Shown piece after piece: positions 39,998 to 53,773 of a DNA stretch of 60,000 nt. The notes below the pieces were generated by a model. It worked only from the letters and a program-made list of their open reading frames with translations, was not told the origin of the DNA and did no database searches. Every line of letters begins with the position of its first letter. Positions within the stretch are counted from its first letter, which is position 1. The position numbers and the translations under genes are program-made. This DNA comes from Botryllus schlosseri (Eukaryota). Location: NCBI GenBank assembly GCA_051294905.1, contig CM119371.1, positions 22,198,001 through 22,258,000 on the forward strand, read 5' to 3'.

Positions 39998-40343
39998 GCT
40001 CCCCTACTGTGAAAGCGCCGCTTGCCAACCTCAACGAATTCAACTCGCTCTTCTCCCTCGACTCCTGCGTGGAATCCTACCCATCTTTCTCGACCGTCAC
40101 CAAGCTATCTGTGACGTCATACGACTCCGTCACGCAATCCAGCGCGGAACTGCTACCCGCGCCTCCCGGATACCAGGAGATAATGGCAGACGGACCTACA
40201 TCGCAGGCCGTATCTGGCGAAGTCTTGGGAAGATCTTCTAAATCGAAAAGAAAAGCTGGGGACAAGGCGAGGTTTTCGGAGGTCAGCTCTTGCAGCGCGA
40301 CTACTCTGGGCTCGACCACCAGCGGCGAAGACGGACCTCAAAT
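39998..40343 (+). CDS. TNS: Next tensin exon (Ser/Thr-rich disordered region)
   Basis: Phase 1 acceptor ctctattccag|, open GC-richer frame GSPTVKAPLANLNEF...GEDGPQ, phase 2 donor AT|GTAAGT; phase-compatible with the preceding exon. Confidence 0.72.
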
Positions 40344-40623
40344 GTAAGTGACATTAATTTCGCGAGTGACCGCCAGCAATGCAATGCGGTGTTAGTGTTG
40401 GTTTCGATTTTACTGACTCTTGTATGTCCATTTGTCCATTGCGTTTACTGGTGTTGAGCATATTACTCATTGGGAAGACCTACCTCTGAGTATAATTGAA
40501 ACAAACTCACAGAAACATATTCATTCATTTATTTATTCAATTGCATATTTTCGAAATATCATTTACAGTAACATTTTGTTGGAATATCAGAGTCGTGTAT
40601 ATCCAAACGATTGGTTATTCCGT

Positions 40624-40970
40624 CAGGCATGGGTGATGTCCATCGAGTTCGTTTCTATACTCGATTATGACTATTTTATGGCCATTGCCCATTGAGCATA
40701 ATAGCATTTGCGCATATTGCCCATCATAGTCATACTAGAGTCACAGTCGAATCAAATCGAACTCCAATTTACACGTTTTGATTCGAATCCAATCTAGTCA
40801 AATATTTGTTTGTGTATTTATTTCGTAAATAGTTAATGTGTTGATTTGTCGCAATATCAGAGCCAGAACTATGCGAAATCTTGATTCGTTATTCGAAATA
40901 TCTCGATCTATTTAAATCTTATAGGCATACCGAGGGATTGCGAACCGCCTATTCGAATTACTCATCCCTG
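40624..40970. mobile_element. Degenerate MITE with ATTCGA motifs
   Basis: Ends CAGGCATGGGTGA...TTACTCATCCCTG with tattcgaa motifs inside. Confidence 0.4.
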
Positions 40971-41092
40971 ACGATCACTGTTGTATTCGGCTGTGTTCGG
41001 AACATGCGGCTATTTAAATGTTGTGCTATCAGAGTATTATCCATCGTTCGCTTACGTATTTCTTGTGGCAAGGAGTAGCTGGCTTCTTCTAG

Positions 41093-41282
41093 CGATATAG
41101 TCAATTGTAGCAGCCTGTCATCATTAGAAATCAGTCTTAAGCAGGTCCAGGTTTTTCAGCAAGATCTGTATGGTGAACGCCCGCAAGATCGCGCTGTGAA
41201 CTCGCCATTGAAAATCAGCCTGAGTGAAATTGTTGTTGCATCGAGAACGCCGAAACTCACGGGTGCAAAGACGCCTTTGAAA
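41093..41282 (+). CDS. Possible further tensin exon
   Basis: Phase 2 acceptor cttcttctag|C continues the frame as DIVNCSSLSSLEISLKQ...SRTPKLTGAKTPLK. The donor AAA|GTAATG is weak and no conserved motif is present. Confidence 0.3.
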
Positions 41283-42520
41283 GTAATGTTACACGAGTCA
41301 AGTCTATGGTTGAGAATATGCCATAAGTCACGCAGAATATTGTTTTTTCGGCGATATTTTTGGTTTTCATAGTTGATAGCGTTAAGACAGTTACCGAGGT
41401 ATTTTAGATCTTCTGTCTGCCCTCGTTTTCATGGACTTACTTGGACACATCATTATGAATTTTTTTATACTTTGATTTGCTCTACGAGCTCTGTGTATTG
41501 AAGTGGTTTTGCGATCATGTCTATTTTATCAGCGAAATTGTTAACCGCGGGTAAATATAGCTGCTGGGTCACGATCGCGGAATACAGTTTGAAGTTTTCT
41601 CCGTATTTTCGTAACGACCTTGTCCATTATGAGTTTGTCGCGGGTGTGTTTTCAAAAATTCGTACAGCTGCCGTTTGTTGTTGACAAATAAATCTGGCTA
41701 CGTGCCGTCCCAAGGTAATTGCTGTTGGTTGAGATTTTCTTTAAACTATCGCATTTTACTGTTACTTGAATTGCATTTAACATACTTGTGGATTTGTACT
41801 TGCAGTGAAACATTATTTTGCAGCATTGGCGTTATGTCTATATGTGTAGCATTAGTTACACTTTGACCAACTCTGGAAAAAGAAATTATGAACCACTGTT
41901 ACTGGGTGTCCAAATGGCGTGACGCGATATTGTCGAATAACCGCTCCCCTAGACAAGTTATGATAAAGCGGATGTGACGCTGTACGCTCCATCAGCGCGC
42001 GGGCCTGCCGCTGTCCTATCCATTCTGATTATCCGCTGTCTTGGAATGTTCCGGGCTTTCTCTGTGACGGCCAACCCTAATCATGAATTCACCTAGCTTT
42101 TTCGCGTGTCAATGCAAACACATATGTGGTCAATGCGGTAACGCCGTACTTCTACATTTCCTAGATTTTGCCTAATTAGACTATGCTTACTCACGAGGTC
42201 CTGCTTTTATTCTACCTCTATTTCACAGGTCTCGTCTTTTGTGGGTTGAAACGTGGGCATAAGAGTACTTACTTGCTTTTTACTTACTGGAAATTACTGC
42301 TTCTACTTGCAATTCACATGAGTGGACATCTACGACGCTATTTCTAATTGGCATATCTAGGACTACTATATTTACATATATACTTACGGTACTCGAAAAT
42401 AGCTAATATTTGCTTGGAAATCCCTCCGACTTGTACTTAATAGGAAGATAAGGCGCTTTTTCTAATTTTACTCCGAACTTCACTGGTCTTTAGGCGAATC
42501 TATACAAGGGTTGCATTTTA

Positions 42521-42798
42521 AGTGGTGGTGAGATAGCGTAGTGGTAAATTCACACTTCACAGCCATAGCCCCAATGAGTTGCGGGTTCGAGTCCGACCGT
42601 GGTTGACTCCAGAATTGCTACTCAAGTGTTGGCGGTTTATTTAGGCTCCTCCTCGCCATCTCATCCGTGTAAGCGATGTCTTATAGAAGCCTAGAAGTGG
42701 GCCGTGCTACAAGTCGGCAGCTACGGATTAAAAATGATGGAAATTGGCCTAGCGTAAATGGTCAGGGTAGTCGACAAGCATCATGAATATCACTATCA
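42521..42798 (+). mobile_element. Near-full-length tRNA-derived SINE
   Basis: A-box TAGCGTAGTGGT and B-box GGGTTCGAGTCC; body repeated at 13722-14352 and 48785-49003; degenerate TSD TACAA..TTGCATTTT on both sides. Confidence 0.8.
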
Positions 42799-43569
42799 TA
42801 CAAACTTGCATTTTTACTTACTCTAAAAACGCTACTTCTACGTTACTTGAATATGATTGTACGACCGTCATTTCAACTTCTACTTTACATTTCTCAGTTC
42901 TTACGCAACACTAGGCCTACGGACTTCATTTTAATTTGATTTACTTGGGAATCGTTACTTCCACTTGTACCGGAGTAAAAATTTGCGATAGATCTCAGTG
43001 TTTTAGTCCTTACTGGACATAGAATACTTAATTCTCTACTTGGAACTAGGTACTTCTATACAAACCTGAGTAGAAATTTAGGACTTTCCTTGTACTTCCA
43101 CTTGAGTTCCTACGATGACTACGTTGACCACCTCTGTTTAAATCGCGGGTGGCGCACTGTCAGTTCTCGCTAATGCCAATGTTTATCTTCGCCTACCCAC
43201 TCGTATCGCGTATCACTTACCGGCGGCCGTGATTCATAAACGCCGCACGGATGCCGGCCATCCCAATCGCCAGATTACAAAGGCCGCTAATCCCTCGGAA
43301 TAAGATTTTAGTCGCTATCAGGCAAGTTGCCTTTTCGCTTAATTTGATCAACTCGGGTCGGTGCCAATGGGGCGAAACGGAAAGGAAAATGTCACATCAC
43401 CCTAAAAAGTGGAACGTAATCGCGTAAGTTACATTTGGCGAACACGAATCAAAATCTCGAGCTGAGCAAAAATACCTCGCGAAGGATATGTCGTCAAGTA
43501 CCTGTGACGTAATAGAAGAAGTTGTCACCTGTTCAGTGTTCAGTTTACTTTTGGTTTATATCACTAGGA

Positions 43570-43900
43570 ATGGATATTGTTTTTCAAGTATATGGGCCAA
43601 ATCCTCTAAGAAATGAGTAGACAGGGGTTAAGAAGTCTCTAATGCACTGAATGTGTATAGTTACCGTTGATTGGGTTATATCGATTGGTATGAATATGTT
43701 TGCCAGGTATTGATGAAATTGCTTGAAAGTTGGTTAGAACGTGGTTAAAAGACCCCTATACGGCCAACGTGTATCTTGACTTGGCTTCTATCAATTGGTA
43801 ACAATATATTTGTTGACTATGGGCAAAATTATTAGAAAAATGGTTAGATATTGGTTGGAACAATCACTATGCAGTGCACGTGTATCTTGACTGGGCAGTA
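43570..43900. repeat. Degenerate ~110-bp tandem repeat (~3 units)
   Basis: ACGTGTATCTTGACT.GG at 43768 and 43878; TATC.ATTGGTA and TATGGGC.AAAT recur. Confidence 0.45.
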
Positions 43901-43926
43901 GGTTCTGGACACATCACGTCAGAAAC

Positions 43927-44000
43927 CAGGGGTGTCAAACTCAAGTGGCTCCGCTGTCCGGATGCAGACCTGCAAATCGCTCGCGGGCCGGACCAGTCAA
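43927..44000. mobile_element. Terminus of a Charlie-type element
   Basis: CAGGGGTGTCAAACTCAAG...CTCGCGGGCCGGA; partner end not identified. Confidence 0.55.
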
Positions 44001-44657
44001 TATATTCCAAATAGTTACCTCAAAATCCATGCCCGCGTTCTTCACTTAAATACTCGTACTGTACTCATTAATATACTATTCTAGCAACACCTTTATCCGT
44101 AAACAATGAAATTGACAATAGTACGATTATTGGTCGATTGAATACAGTTATTTAACGACGATACACGTTGGCATATTGCTATGATGACTTTGTTTGAGTC
44201 TAAATCTGGCAATAGTCATGTGTATGCGTTGTGAGGAATACACGAGATTTGACTGTAAACGCAGACGTTTGGTTCATTATTATTATATCGCGATTAATTT
44301 CTTTCTGTTGCGATCACAGATATTTTAAATGTATTTTTGTGTAACAATTATGATCTCCAGGTAGCCTGCATACACGGTTTCTAACTGGTTTCACTTCTGT
44401 GAATAACCACCTTTAGTTTCATTTGTCCACAAAACTCTGAGCTCAGTGTGCGCTGTGCACTTTATCCCTTCTCAGAATTACGTGTCAATTACAGCGACTT
44501 GTTGCTCTTGGTCATGACAGTGAAACCGTAACACCACTATCGGATGGTTATAATGTGGCCATTGAACATAATCAATATTTTCTGTCTTGAGGGATTATTT
44601 AATGAAAGTAATCTCAGCATTTGTCAGAAATGTGCTGGATAATACAGCCATTGTTCA

Positions 44658-45045
44658 GAATGGTGTCCGGTCAATACCGAGAATGTTATTACCGAGAATA
44701 CCGAGAATGCTATTACCGAGAAGAACAATACCGAGAATAGACATTACCGAGAATGGACATTACCGAGAATGATATATGCAATGCAGGCATGTTATGAATA
44801 TGAACAGGTCGTGTGTGTGCATCACGGCGTTGCCACATTCGGTATCGATCCTCAGGTATAAATTTTGCGACAACTTACGTTACATTAAGCTAGATTCTTG
44901 GCATTGACCATTCTCGGTAATGTCCGTTCTCGGTAATGTCTATTCTCGGTAATGTCCTTTCTCGGTAATGTCCATTCTCGGTAATAGCATTCTCGGTAAT
45001 GTCCATCTCGGTAATAGCATTCTCGGTATTAGTATGGACCCATTC
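44658..45045. mobile_element. Palindromic MITE with ~15-bp TACCGAGAAT tandem units in both arms
   Basis: (ATTACCGAGAATRGAC)n at 44674-44771 and the inverted (ATTCTCGGTAAT)n at 44893-45030. Confidence 0.8.
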
Positions 45046-45152
45046 GTGCGGAGGAAGTCTCACAATACATTGTGCGGCGTTATCGTCTATGGAAATCGAT
45101 ATTCGCACCAGCTCGCGGTATTTAGATGGTTAAAAATCTATATACTGTATGA

Positions 45153-45500
45153 CAGGGGTGTTTAACGTACGGCTCGCGGGCCGCATTCGGTCCACTAGAC
45201 GATTTCATCCGACCCGCGAAGCGATACTGAACGTTCCAGATTTTTAACCGTCTCAATACCGCGAGCTGGTGCGACCATCGATCTCCGCAGTCGATAACGC
45301 CGCTCAATGTATTGTGAGATTTCCTCCGCACGTATACCTGTCGACAACGCAACATAAACTTGTCGAGGGAAACCTTGACGAATTGCTTTCGCGATTACCG
45401 GACGCTGCCACACGCGCGCTAGCATTCTCGGCGGGGGACACACTTTGCATTCTTGGCCTTCCTACCCCGCTGCGCCGTTCGCGCTAACGCCGACTAAACG
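45153..45500. mobile_element. Left end of a Charlie-type element
   Basis: CAGGGGTGTTTAACGTACGGCTCGCGGGCCGCA...CCGACCCGCG; inner boundary uncertain. Confidence 0.6.
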
Positions 45501-47358
45501 GGAGATTATTGCCATCACTTATTCATTTCAAAGCCAATCCCGCGGTGTGTAGCGCGCCATTGCTAACCGATGTTGCAACGAGAGGTATCCTGTATCTAAG
45601 TATACTTTCACTGTTACACAGAGTTCCCAAAAAGAGACCCCCTGTATCACGATATCTGAATATAGTTTCAAAATCTCCATTAATTGTAGTACGATTATAG
45701 TAGTTTCGCTGTAGTCGCGAGCATACGCCTTGCAATTTTGAAGGTCTATCCACTCCCGCTGACCTACTGAAAGTATGTGTTCCAGACTGAAAGTACGTGT
45801 TCCAGACCAAATCTTCCACTTTTTCAAAGTTATTGAATTTTCTGGTAGAGGTAATTACATGATCTTCAAATTGCATCTTCTTGCAATTGATCGAAATTAC
45901 GATGTTCGTTCATTTCTACTTGAGTATAGCAACACCGACTGCATTGGCCACCTCAGGTCGAAACATCTATCATTTGTTACCTAATGGGCTATTCAGGTGT
46001 GTTAAATCCGCGATGATTCGATGTGTCGAAGACCTTTCCTTCCACTTCCTTTCAATTACCGGCTAGGAATTTCGCAAGTACAATGCGCCCGCGCTTAACG
46101 CGCGGGTGGTATGTCCGGACAAATCGCTGTTCAAAGCGTCGCTATTCTCCTGAGCCGTGTTTGCGTTACGCTTTGGCCGTTTTGAAGTGTCCGAATAATG
46201 CGGTTAAGTGCGGATTTGTGATGATTTCGAACTTGTCTGGTCAATGAAGCTAGTCAATGGAATGGAACCTACATTCTGGCGGTTATTGGCCCTTGTTGAT
46301 TACCTGAATGAGATGAGATGCGAGTCGATTTACGAGTAACGAACGTATAAACCTTCACTTCTAGAGTAATATTTTATCAACAAATATATAGTTTGAATAT
46401 TGCACGTACCCGACCATCGTTGTAACTTCGAAACCTTGGCTAACCGTAGTTCACCATCAAGAAACATGTTGTACAAGGCTACTAATACTCATGGAGCCGT
46501 TAGACGTTAAAGCAATCATCATAATTTTGATTGTTATTACGACAAAACGAATCAGACTATTTTTTCAATTTAAATATATTTATATTCGAGAAAAGAAATT
46601 GCGTTCACGAAGGTGAAAGACCTAATAACTTCTGTAACTGCAACGACACTTCTAGTAACATTTGTGGCAGCTGTTGTTCAGCCAGCAACGCCAACGATGT
46701 TGCACAGGGCTACTGATATTGATAACACTACATGCTGTCAAGCTTAGTGATCATCGACCCTCACTATGGTCACAAAGCGATATGAAATAGTCAAGGTCCC
46801 GAAATGCAAAATTATTTTGGGTGATCCGTATCTGGTATCATTTCCCTGTGTCCTCAAGAACAATAATAGCTGGACTTTTCAAGTCATCATGGCTTTTTTT
46901 ACGACTCGACTTGCAGCTTAGTTGAACTCGAAATCGAAGTGCCCAGGCATATATAATTGATACGGTTTTCATCACTGCGGATTGTCTGATATCGCACTTT
47001 CTTAGGTGATTAACGATTTTGTAATATTGTGTTGGCTATTCCTATCCGGATCAGTCTATTTCGTAATCGCCAGACAGGGTCATGTTTGTTAACTCGTGTC
47101 GTACCCAAATCTGCTCAGCCATAACAATAACGTAATGCGGTCTTGCTAACCTAGTTGTGTTTTGCCGTCTCGCTACAACAAGCTCACAAAGTCACTGGGG
47201 TAGCTGTATTACCGGCACGGCATCCAGTACTAGCTGGGCGGCCCGGACTTGAAAAACTGACTATTGTAATTGCGGTATGATGCATATTGGATTCAAATGT
47301 ATAGAAAGATCCATGCAAAACTAAAATCACTACAATATGTTTGAACGTGTACCTAGAT

Positions 47359-48028
47359 TAGGGTTGCCATACGTCCGGAATTTCCCGGACATGTCCGGAA
47401 TTTCACTGTTCAAACTAGCGTCCGGGAGGAATTTCTAAAATCTGCCAAATGTCCGGAATTTTGAAGACTTGACGTAGGCTCATAATTTTTTCGTAAATCA
47501 GCATAAAACAATATTTTTTAGGAATATTTGTGTTGATGCATGATATTTTTCTACGCGCTGCGCGCGATTTACTATCACATTTTCAAATTGGAGATGGAGT
47601 CGCGACCATTAAAAGTTGGAACTTGGAAGCCACTGGATGGGGGGTGTTTATAAAGCTCCATGGTGCGCATCGGCATAAGGCTGATAAACAATCTTATCGG
47701 TAGGACATGAATATGACTTGACGATGTGCTGTGCAATCACGCTCCTTGTATTTTCGAACCCATCATCCTCCACGAGCTCTACCGCTAATTCTGATCATGT
47801 GGGCGGAGAATAGTAGCTTTATAGTAGTAAATGGAACGACCAATATTATTGACAGAATTCATTCAAATAATTTAACGACCAGATGCATATAGAAACCAGA
47901 TTCATATAGCAAGTACCTCTGGTCTATGAGCAAAGCTTTGCTAGCGTGACGTCATAACCCATTTTGGAATCCACTGGTTGGCGCTAAAGAGCGTCCGGAA
48001 TTTGGGTTGCTGAAATATGGTAACCCTA
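47359..48028. mobile_element. MITE family B (TAGGGTTRCCATA TIR)
   Basis: Ends TAGGGTTGCCATACGTCCGG...TATGGTAACCCTA; flanks ACCTAGAT / ACTAGAT; GTCCGG repeats. Confidence 0.85.
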
Positions 48029-48784
48029 ACTAGATACGATAAGACGGCTTGCATATAACTTCGAAAATGATCATCACCTTGTATGCAAAGCGGTATTTTT
48101 CGCCATTCTCTGACATTCGTATGTATATTCAATTGCTATCATGTTCGGTTATATATAGATTTAAAGTATTGGTTCTGCGGTGACATTAGGGTTTGAGGCT
48201 GGATGCTGCCTATTGCCTATAGTATTACCATTCCCACACAAAGTTTATGGGCTGTTGAACAGCAATTACGTCTATAATATCGTTTTATTTTGTTAGTGGG
48301 CTGATACAAACTTTATTGCATAGAGTGATCGTGATGCTAGGAACACGATACGTTCTCTACCTGTAAATATATATAGATATTATGTCATCGTATTGGTCAC
48401 GTCGTGCAGAACGTGTCGACTTCGTGTGTTCGTGGACGGCTTGGAGCAGCCGACCCCATGCACATTATAAATTTAGAAACGATGGTCGATGGGTCGTTAG
48501 TTAATCCAATATAAGTATCGATACTTTTCGTAATTGTGTGATATTATCAGAGGAGTCATGATCTTGGATGTGAAATTACTTGTTTAAAATGTTAGGCTGG
48601 ATTCGTATTCGGAATCGCGAAGTTTCCCAATGTTGCTATAAGATTCTCATTCACACTGACATTTGCGAATAATTCCGAGTATACTTTCATATTTCGTACA
48701 TTACCGGCCTTTATCACATATAGCAGAGAAGATATATGTTCGAATTTGCCTGGTCTTTATTAAGGTCATGGCGTCATAATATGG

Positions 48785-49003
48785 ATGTTTGTTTGTGGAA
48801 TTCGTGATGTTCTTTGAATATACGATGGACCATCGTCGATGGTCAGTTACACCAGGCCTACATTTTTATCATCATTCCATGTATATTCCCATTGCCCAAT
48901 GCCCAGTTGCCCACTAGTAACACGGCCTACTTCTAGGCTTTGCAAGACGCCGCTCATGCGGATCAGATGGCGATACAGGCCTAGATTAACCCCCAACACT
49001 TGG
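48785..49003 (-). mobile_element. Diverged reverse SINE copy
   Basis: CACCAGGCC, CTTCTAGGCTT, GATGGCGA and CCAACACTTG are complementary to the 42521 SINE body. Confidence 0.7.
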
Positions 49004-52000
49004 ATAGGAAGTGTGAAGGTCCAGACCCACGAAAGTCTCCTTGTGGCCGCAAAAACATACATATTCGAAATATTGATGCCATTATTATTGTTTACGTCAT
49101 TCTATGGAGTAATGCACTCTAATAGTCGACTTGATTCGAAGCTTTATATGTGTTTCGAAATCGAATCACTCGGGTCACTCAATATTGCGTAGTCCTAGTC
49201 ATTAATATAGTCAGTCTAACCGACCGCTTGGACGCGTATATCTAATTCCCACAACCGGCCAGGTACTACACCACCACACTCGAGTTTTTCCAAGTTTTCG
49301 CTAACATTCTACTCCGAAAAGCGACAGTGAGTCAGAACTGTAAGCGATGATTAAAAAATTACTGCGAAGCCGCTCTATAGAAAGAGACATTCTCTAAGTT
49401 TGTTGTTTTCGAGCTCGCTTTGAAATTACTCCGCTATACGCTTGTCCGAAATGCTGTTATTACACCTTATCCGCTACGCCAGGCCTGTTATTAACGATCT
49501 TTCACACCTTTAGTGTTGTTGACATCCCAAATATGCGGCGAGACGTCTAAGAGATTTTCGAGTGCCTGTCAGTTATTCCTCGCAGCCTTTCTGCTTTTCG
49601 TGGCGCGATTGTAATATTTTCCATTCGAACACGTCCGCGCGTTGCAATGCGCGATAGCTATCTGACATCGGCGACTTGGGGCTGAGTAATGGCGCGTTCG
49701 GGCCGCGTCAGGTCAACCATTTCACCTTTTTGAGATTGCAATAAGCGATACAATGTTCCTTGTCAGCGCGATGCCGCATTATCGCGACCCGCGTGACCTT
49801 AAGTTCTGTCGATGCGGTTGTTTTGAAATTTTAAGGTGTTATTCATTCGGTCGCTTTAAATGTCGCGGCGGACTATGACTATGACTATACTTTGCATATA
49901 TAGTACGCTAAAATTCCGTTGTTCGAGTAATGATACGGTATAAATATAAAGTGTACGCACTGGAGATGTAAAATTGTACCAGCACATACAATCACATTAA
50001 CTGCGTAATAAACTACTTTGAATGTATCGATAAGAGAGTATCGATTGGCGTCCAAGCGATTGTTTTTCGTACCAGTATCGTTTCTGCAATTTGTCTTATG
50101 GCATAAAATACGACTGGATCCAAATCCTGAATCTGATCCTTAGGTATCTACCAAGGATATAACTATACCTACAACTTTGGGCGCTATCTGATGGATTATC
50201 TCCCATAGGGGCTGAAATATTCAATAATCTGGATGAGCCCAGAGGTGGCCAATTCTCTACTAGTCGTTGACGATTACCCGTGACGAGTGTCAACCGAAAA
50301 TATCCGGGCTCATTTCTATATGAATAATTTGAATGTACTATTAAATTGTATGTTGAAGTTCAGTACGTACAATAATCACTTCTATTTGTGTACCAACTAT
50401 TACCGCTTTGATCACCTCTCGCTAAACCATGCTCGTGGAGGTGGTGTCCGACACGTACCTGCTTCAAATGCCATCTTGTTGGAGAGTCCCATTTAAGCCA
50501 TGCAAATGACGATGACATCTTTGCTTCACGCCGAATATTACAGCGATTAGCAGCGATTAGCATTACGATTCATACCAATTCGAAACAATCGCTTTACTGT
50601 GATAGCGCGTTTTGACACTCCGCAGACGAACCCAAGGAATTTTACGTAGCCTTCGCCCGAACTAGCGTATTTTTACTCCACTATTTCGGCTACGCTTTCA
50701 GTGTGATGTAATGGCGAACGCATTAACTGCGCGCACGAACGGGTTCTCGGAAAAGCTGGCCGTTAAGCGTCAGTTATGCCTATCGGACGGGCCATCTATC
50801 ATCATTGCAAGATTTTGTGGTAGCGGTCTGCGTATACAGTCTGTATTATGATATATGCGCTATCTTCAATATCGAATCAACTCAGTTTTGTTACTGATTC
50901 GAGTCGGCTGTACAGAAATAGATTCTTAACACTCTCGCATACCTTTTGGTTGCTTCCTGTGCGTGCAACTGTTCATCTGAATCAGCGGTTGTCGACCTGG
51001 ACCGCATGGAAATTTTGAGGTGGGCCACAGTCCAGAGTTATTTGTAAAATTATGAAGCTTGTGAAAAGCTTAGTTTTATTTGTTTGCGGAGATATCACAG
51101 TAATGCACGCATGCACCGATATCATTGATTGATTCAGTCATTAAATTTAATGACTGGAGAACTATTGCGAACTGAATTTTGATGATATCAGTACTTGTGA
51201 ATTCCGTGTGTATAGTTAAACAATAAAAACAAATAAATAAGTCTTGCGTTCGCCGTTGAGCCTACCTAGTCTAGCTCGTACGTGAATTGTGTGATACGGG
51301 GCTTCGTTCACTACCGCCATAACTCGGGGTAATCACCCTGAGCCTCCCAAGGTCAGCCTTTCCTTGGCGCGGGACGTCATACAAAGTCCTGTTTCCGTCC
51401 TGTAACCACGTATTACTTGAGCCATATGTCACATTTCGTTCATAACCCTACTGTAAGGCTACTCCGGCCGAAGTATACTTTATTAATTATATTTATGACG
51501 TACCTATATTATTTACTATAAATATTACTTATATAGTACATATGTTGGTCATATTCATTCGTGAAAACCATCCATAATGGCGCCGGTTGAGGATCACATA
51601 AAATAAGACGGTTAAAAGAAATGTGAACACTTGCAAAGTAAACCTTCTCTCATCGCACCCCTGCCACAGCCCGTTTACCGCAATGACATCCGAAGGTGTT
51701 TAAGCTGACAAAGAACCGTGACGCAAATCACAGTTCTGTTGAATCCCATGTACCCGAAAATCCGAGAACTAGTTGCATCGAAATAAATACCCTTTTAATT
51801 TTATCATTACTGGCAATCCTCAAATTATACAATTGTTCACCGTTTTCTCACTAAGGCATACTCTAATTACGCGTAGCGATAAGCTATGTTGTGATTGCGG
51901 TCTTGAAAAAGCACAACATTTGCTGTTTAAGGACTTTTCGAATTGGGTAAAGGTGTTGACACCTGTCATAATATACTTGAAAATTCAATTTAATTTTGGC

Positions 52001-53609
52001 TGCGGGGTCATAATCATGGCTTCATCTTAATTTGGCAACGTGGTTTCCGTTAATGTCCTCGATTGCTAGACAATTGTCGGAAATGCTCCTCAACTCGTAT
52101 TGGTATATCTTTTTAAATAGAATTAATAATTTAAAGTAAGAAAAAAAGTAATTGCTAACAGTAGTAGTCAAGAAGGTTGACACTGTGCTCATCGCCCAAT
52201 TGCTCACGCCTCGGATGAAGGGGACAAATCCATTAAAATGAGAAAATTTGACATGAAACGCAGGCAAATTTTGTATTGGAGACATTTTTGTATTAGAAAG
52301 TGTCGATGGCGTGATTTTCATCTCGCGATATGGTGGAAATGTTCATTGCAGGGTATTGCAGTATAATGGCTTTTACGTTGAGCAGTTCTACGTGACTCGA
52401 TTTGATATCGCGCTCCTGTACGGAAGCACACACATACAGATACACTTGTCTGAGATTATTTCAGATGTCAAATCGCGCAAAACTCGGCCATTATAGCCGC
52501 ATCAGCGAAACGCATACGTTATTTCAAATTAAGGCAATGCCTCGCTGACGCACGGAGCGCTAATCATCGCCACGCCGACCCAGGCAAAAACACATGTAAG
52601 GGAAATGGGAAATGCGTGTCCCATTAGTCAGACACGGCAAACCTGATTTACCCGGCTTTTGGTAGAATCAATACTACGTATCGCGGTTGATACAGGCGCT
52701 GAGCTTGCTTACATCGGATAATCATTTTTATGTTTACGTACCGTTACTCCCGTGTCACGAGTTCACAGCACCTTTGCCATTCAGATGGTTGGAACAATGT
52801 AAGTGCGGCGCATCGCATTGGTGTCAAGTGCAAAGCGCTGTGAATATGTAATCGTGCCGTGTCGCGGTATTGTTTGGGCTAAGTTTAGCGGACATTATCC
52901 AGTGATTAATCAAAAGCTTTACAAATGAAGGTGTCGTTTCGCATTATATCGATTAAGTACACTATACATGGATGGAAAATAAGTGTAGTTACCATCAATT
53001 TCTACCAAAGCGCAGGGTGCAATTCGGGCCATCCACACTTCTTTTACGTCTATTTCAATGATTAGTAGCGCGTCAACTGCACCAATCCTTAACGATATAT
53101 ATATCCCATAGCTGTAGTGGATTATGTTAACGTGTTCCACGTTTTTTGTCCTTCTTGGCCTGGCATGAGACAGTAACACACAAACCACCACCCCTTGGAT
53201 ATATATCGATAAGAATTAATGTAATTGCATCATTTCACCCATTGGAATTGGCGTGAAAGTAAATTCATTTACTGGAACGTGTCGTTATCCTGACTTGCTC
53301 CCTATGCTCTGGTGGAAATCCGCAAAATTCATGATTTTCATATGCATAGCAGTGTTTTTTCTTAAATGGGTGTCAAAAAGATTTATCTGCCATATTTAAA
53401 CCATTGAATAGGGCGTATATTATTCCCTCGTTCCGTTCTGGTACGAAATCTGCATTTACGCCCGTTGCAGATGATGCGAATGCGTAGTTGAGTATACTAA
53501 GGCGTGTTTTTTCGCATTATTGGTGGGATACACGGTAGCATAGCCCACTATGGGCTTGGGATACATATACTACAAAGCCTGATGTGACCTTTGATTGATA
53601 CGTATTAGC

Positions 53610-53773
53610 TAGGGTTACCATATTTTGGAATCGGGAAATGAGGACACTTTTTAAAAAAACATTCGAATTTTGAATAACTTAGCTCTAGAAGCTGTAAAGA
53701 AGGACGAATTGCCAAAAAGAAATACATTTTCAAAACCCCGAAAAAGGGACGAATCCTCCTAAAGGTAACCCTA
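53610..53773. mobile_element. Short MITE family B copy
   Basis: Ends TAGGGTTACC...GGTAACCCTA; TSD GTATTAGC / GTATTACC. Confidence 0.85.

Noticed and set aside
42527..42605. tRNA gene
   Set aside because: A and B boxes are present, but there is no clean cloverleaf and the sequence continues into a multi-copy SINE body.
44587..45165. Repetitive ITENGH / LGN peptides
   Set aside because: Artefact of the 15-bp tandem units in a palindromic MITE.
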